A DNA stretch of 64,000 bases from assembly GCF_035084215.1 (NCBI RefSeq), contig NW_027139453.1, positions 8,618,001 through 8,682,000 of the forward strand, read 5' to 3'. Source of the stretch: Heptranchias perlo (taxonomy: Eukaryota). This document shows positions 62,995 to 64,000 of the stretch, piece after piece. Position numbers and translations under genes: made by a program. A model generated the notes under the pieces. It saw only the letters and a program-made list of their open reading frames with translations, did not search any database and was not told the DNA's origin. Position 1 is the first letter of the stretch. Each line of letters opens with the position of its first letter.

Positions 62995-63543
62995 ATGAAT
63001 CTGTTCCTGGGCCTGATCATCTTGATTCACCGTAAATTATGTTTTCAAACCATAATCCTTGTTGATAACATTTCATAACGTTTCATTTCTTTATTTATTT
63101 ATTTCTAACTTTCGCTCTATTTGTTCTACACTCTATCTATTTTTATTTCTCTCTTTCTTTCTTTCTCCCTTTCTCTCTTTCTCCCTTTTCCCATTTCCTC
63201 GAATGTCCCTATTTAATGATATCCTCCTCTCCCTTCATCTTTCTCAGACGTGAACTCGCAGACGATCAACCAGACGCCCTTCGCTGTCTCCAAATTCCCT
63301 GAGGACGGAGTGAAACTGAAGTGCACGGTGGAGGGCACCAGTAACCCTGACATGTATTGGTACAGACAATACCCGGGGAAGAAGCCAGAGTTTATGTTTC
63401 ACTCCGGGGGTACCAATCACGTGAGACCAGAGGAGAAGGCGGACGGTTTTACCGCTAAGCGACCAAATGGCGACAAGTTATACCTGGAGAGCTCCAGCCT
63501 GCGGGCGAATCACTCAGCCGTGTATTACTGCGCCTGGAGTCTG
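62995..63543 (+). CDS. TRBV: TCR beta variable segment V2, TRBV30-like, apparently functional: leader exon 62995..63031, V exon 63248..63543
   Basis: MNLFLGLIILIH-C|gtaaat (phase 1), ctcAG|AC GTG AAC TCG CAG; QTINQ, CTVEGTSNPDMYWYRQ and YYCAWS motifs. Confidence 0.9.
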
Positions 63544-63582
63544 CACAGTGACTCAGAGAGATCGAGGAGTTTAACAAAAACC
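63544..63582 (+). promoter_or_regulatory. Perfect 23-bp-spacer RSS of V2
   Basis: CACAGTG + 23 nt + ACAAAAACC. Confidence 0.96.
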
Positions 63583-63649
63583 CCAAAGTGGCAGAAAACA
63601 CGCTTGTGACACAAAAACGCGCGTCGCCTCGACCTGTTGTTTTATTTTG

Positions 63650-64000
63650 CAGAGCAAACGTGCATTTGAAAGAATATGAGACAAGTTAGAATAAACGTGA
63701 GAAATTAGACATAGAGACACTGGAGAAGGTGCGATATAGATTTACAGGTATGATACGAGAACTGGGAGTTTATAATTATCAGGAAAGCTTGAACAGGCTG
63801 GGGCTCTATTCTTTAGAGAAGCGAAGGCTGAGAGATGGCCTGGTAGAGTTCATTAAAAATATGAAAGGGACTGATAGGGTAGACGAAGAGAACTTGTTTC
63901 CAAATATGGGGGAGACCAGAAGTAGAGACCAAATACGTCATATAGTCATTAATTAATCCAAAGGGATTTAAGGAGAAACTTTTTGACCCAAAGAGATGTT
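63650..64000 (+). mobile_element. CR1 3' fragment
   Basis: YQESLNRLGLYSLEKRRLRDGL. Confidence 0.8.

Overview
Eukaryotic, repeat-rich DNA, most likely from a cartilaginous fish (inferred from CR1 LINEs, DeuSINE-type SINEs, Harbinger elements and the receptor family; not database-checked). (1) A cluster of two-exon GPR139/GPR142-like rhodopsin-class GPCR genes: copy A (minus, runs off the left edge), copy B (minus, one in-frame TGA), copy C (plus, intact, 381 aa) and a divergent pseudogene D. (2) A, B and C each lie head-to-head with a decayed Harbinger transposon (HARBI1-like transposase plus Myb/SANT genes) in a segmental unit copied three times. A and B are direct copies, C is inverted, and private minisatellites vary in copy number between them. 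(3) Orphan 3' exons of an alpha-2-macroglobulin-family gene sit hidden among satellites at 13.7-17.7 kb. (4) Two T-cell receptor beta V segments resembling mammalian TRBV30, each with a 23-RSS, lie at 61.8-63.6 kb. Most long ORFs in the track are tandem-repeat artefacts. The best candidate for an undescribed system is an amplifying orphan-GPCR repertoire with diversified extracellular loops, a variable-copy N-terminal ATG/glycosylation repeat and multiplied splice donors, located next to TCR-beta V genes. Transposon and repeat boundaries are approximate (tens of bp); exon, RSS and TSD coordinates were counted base by base.
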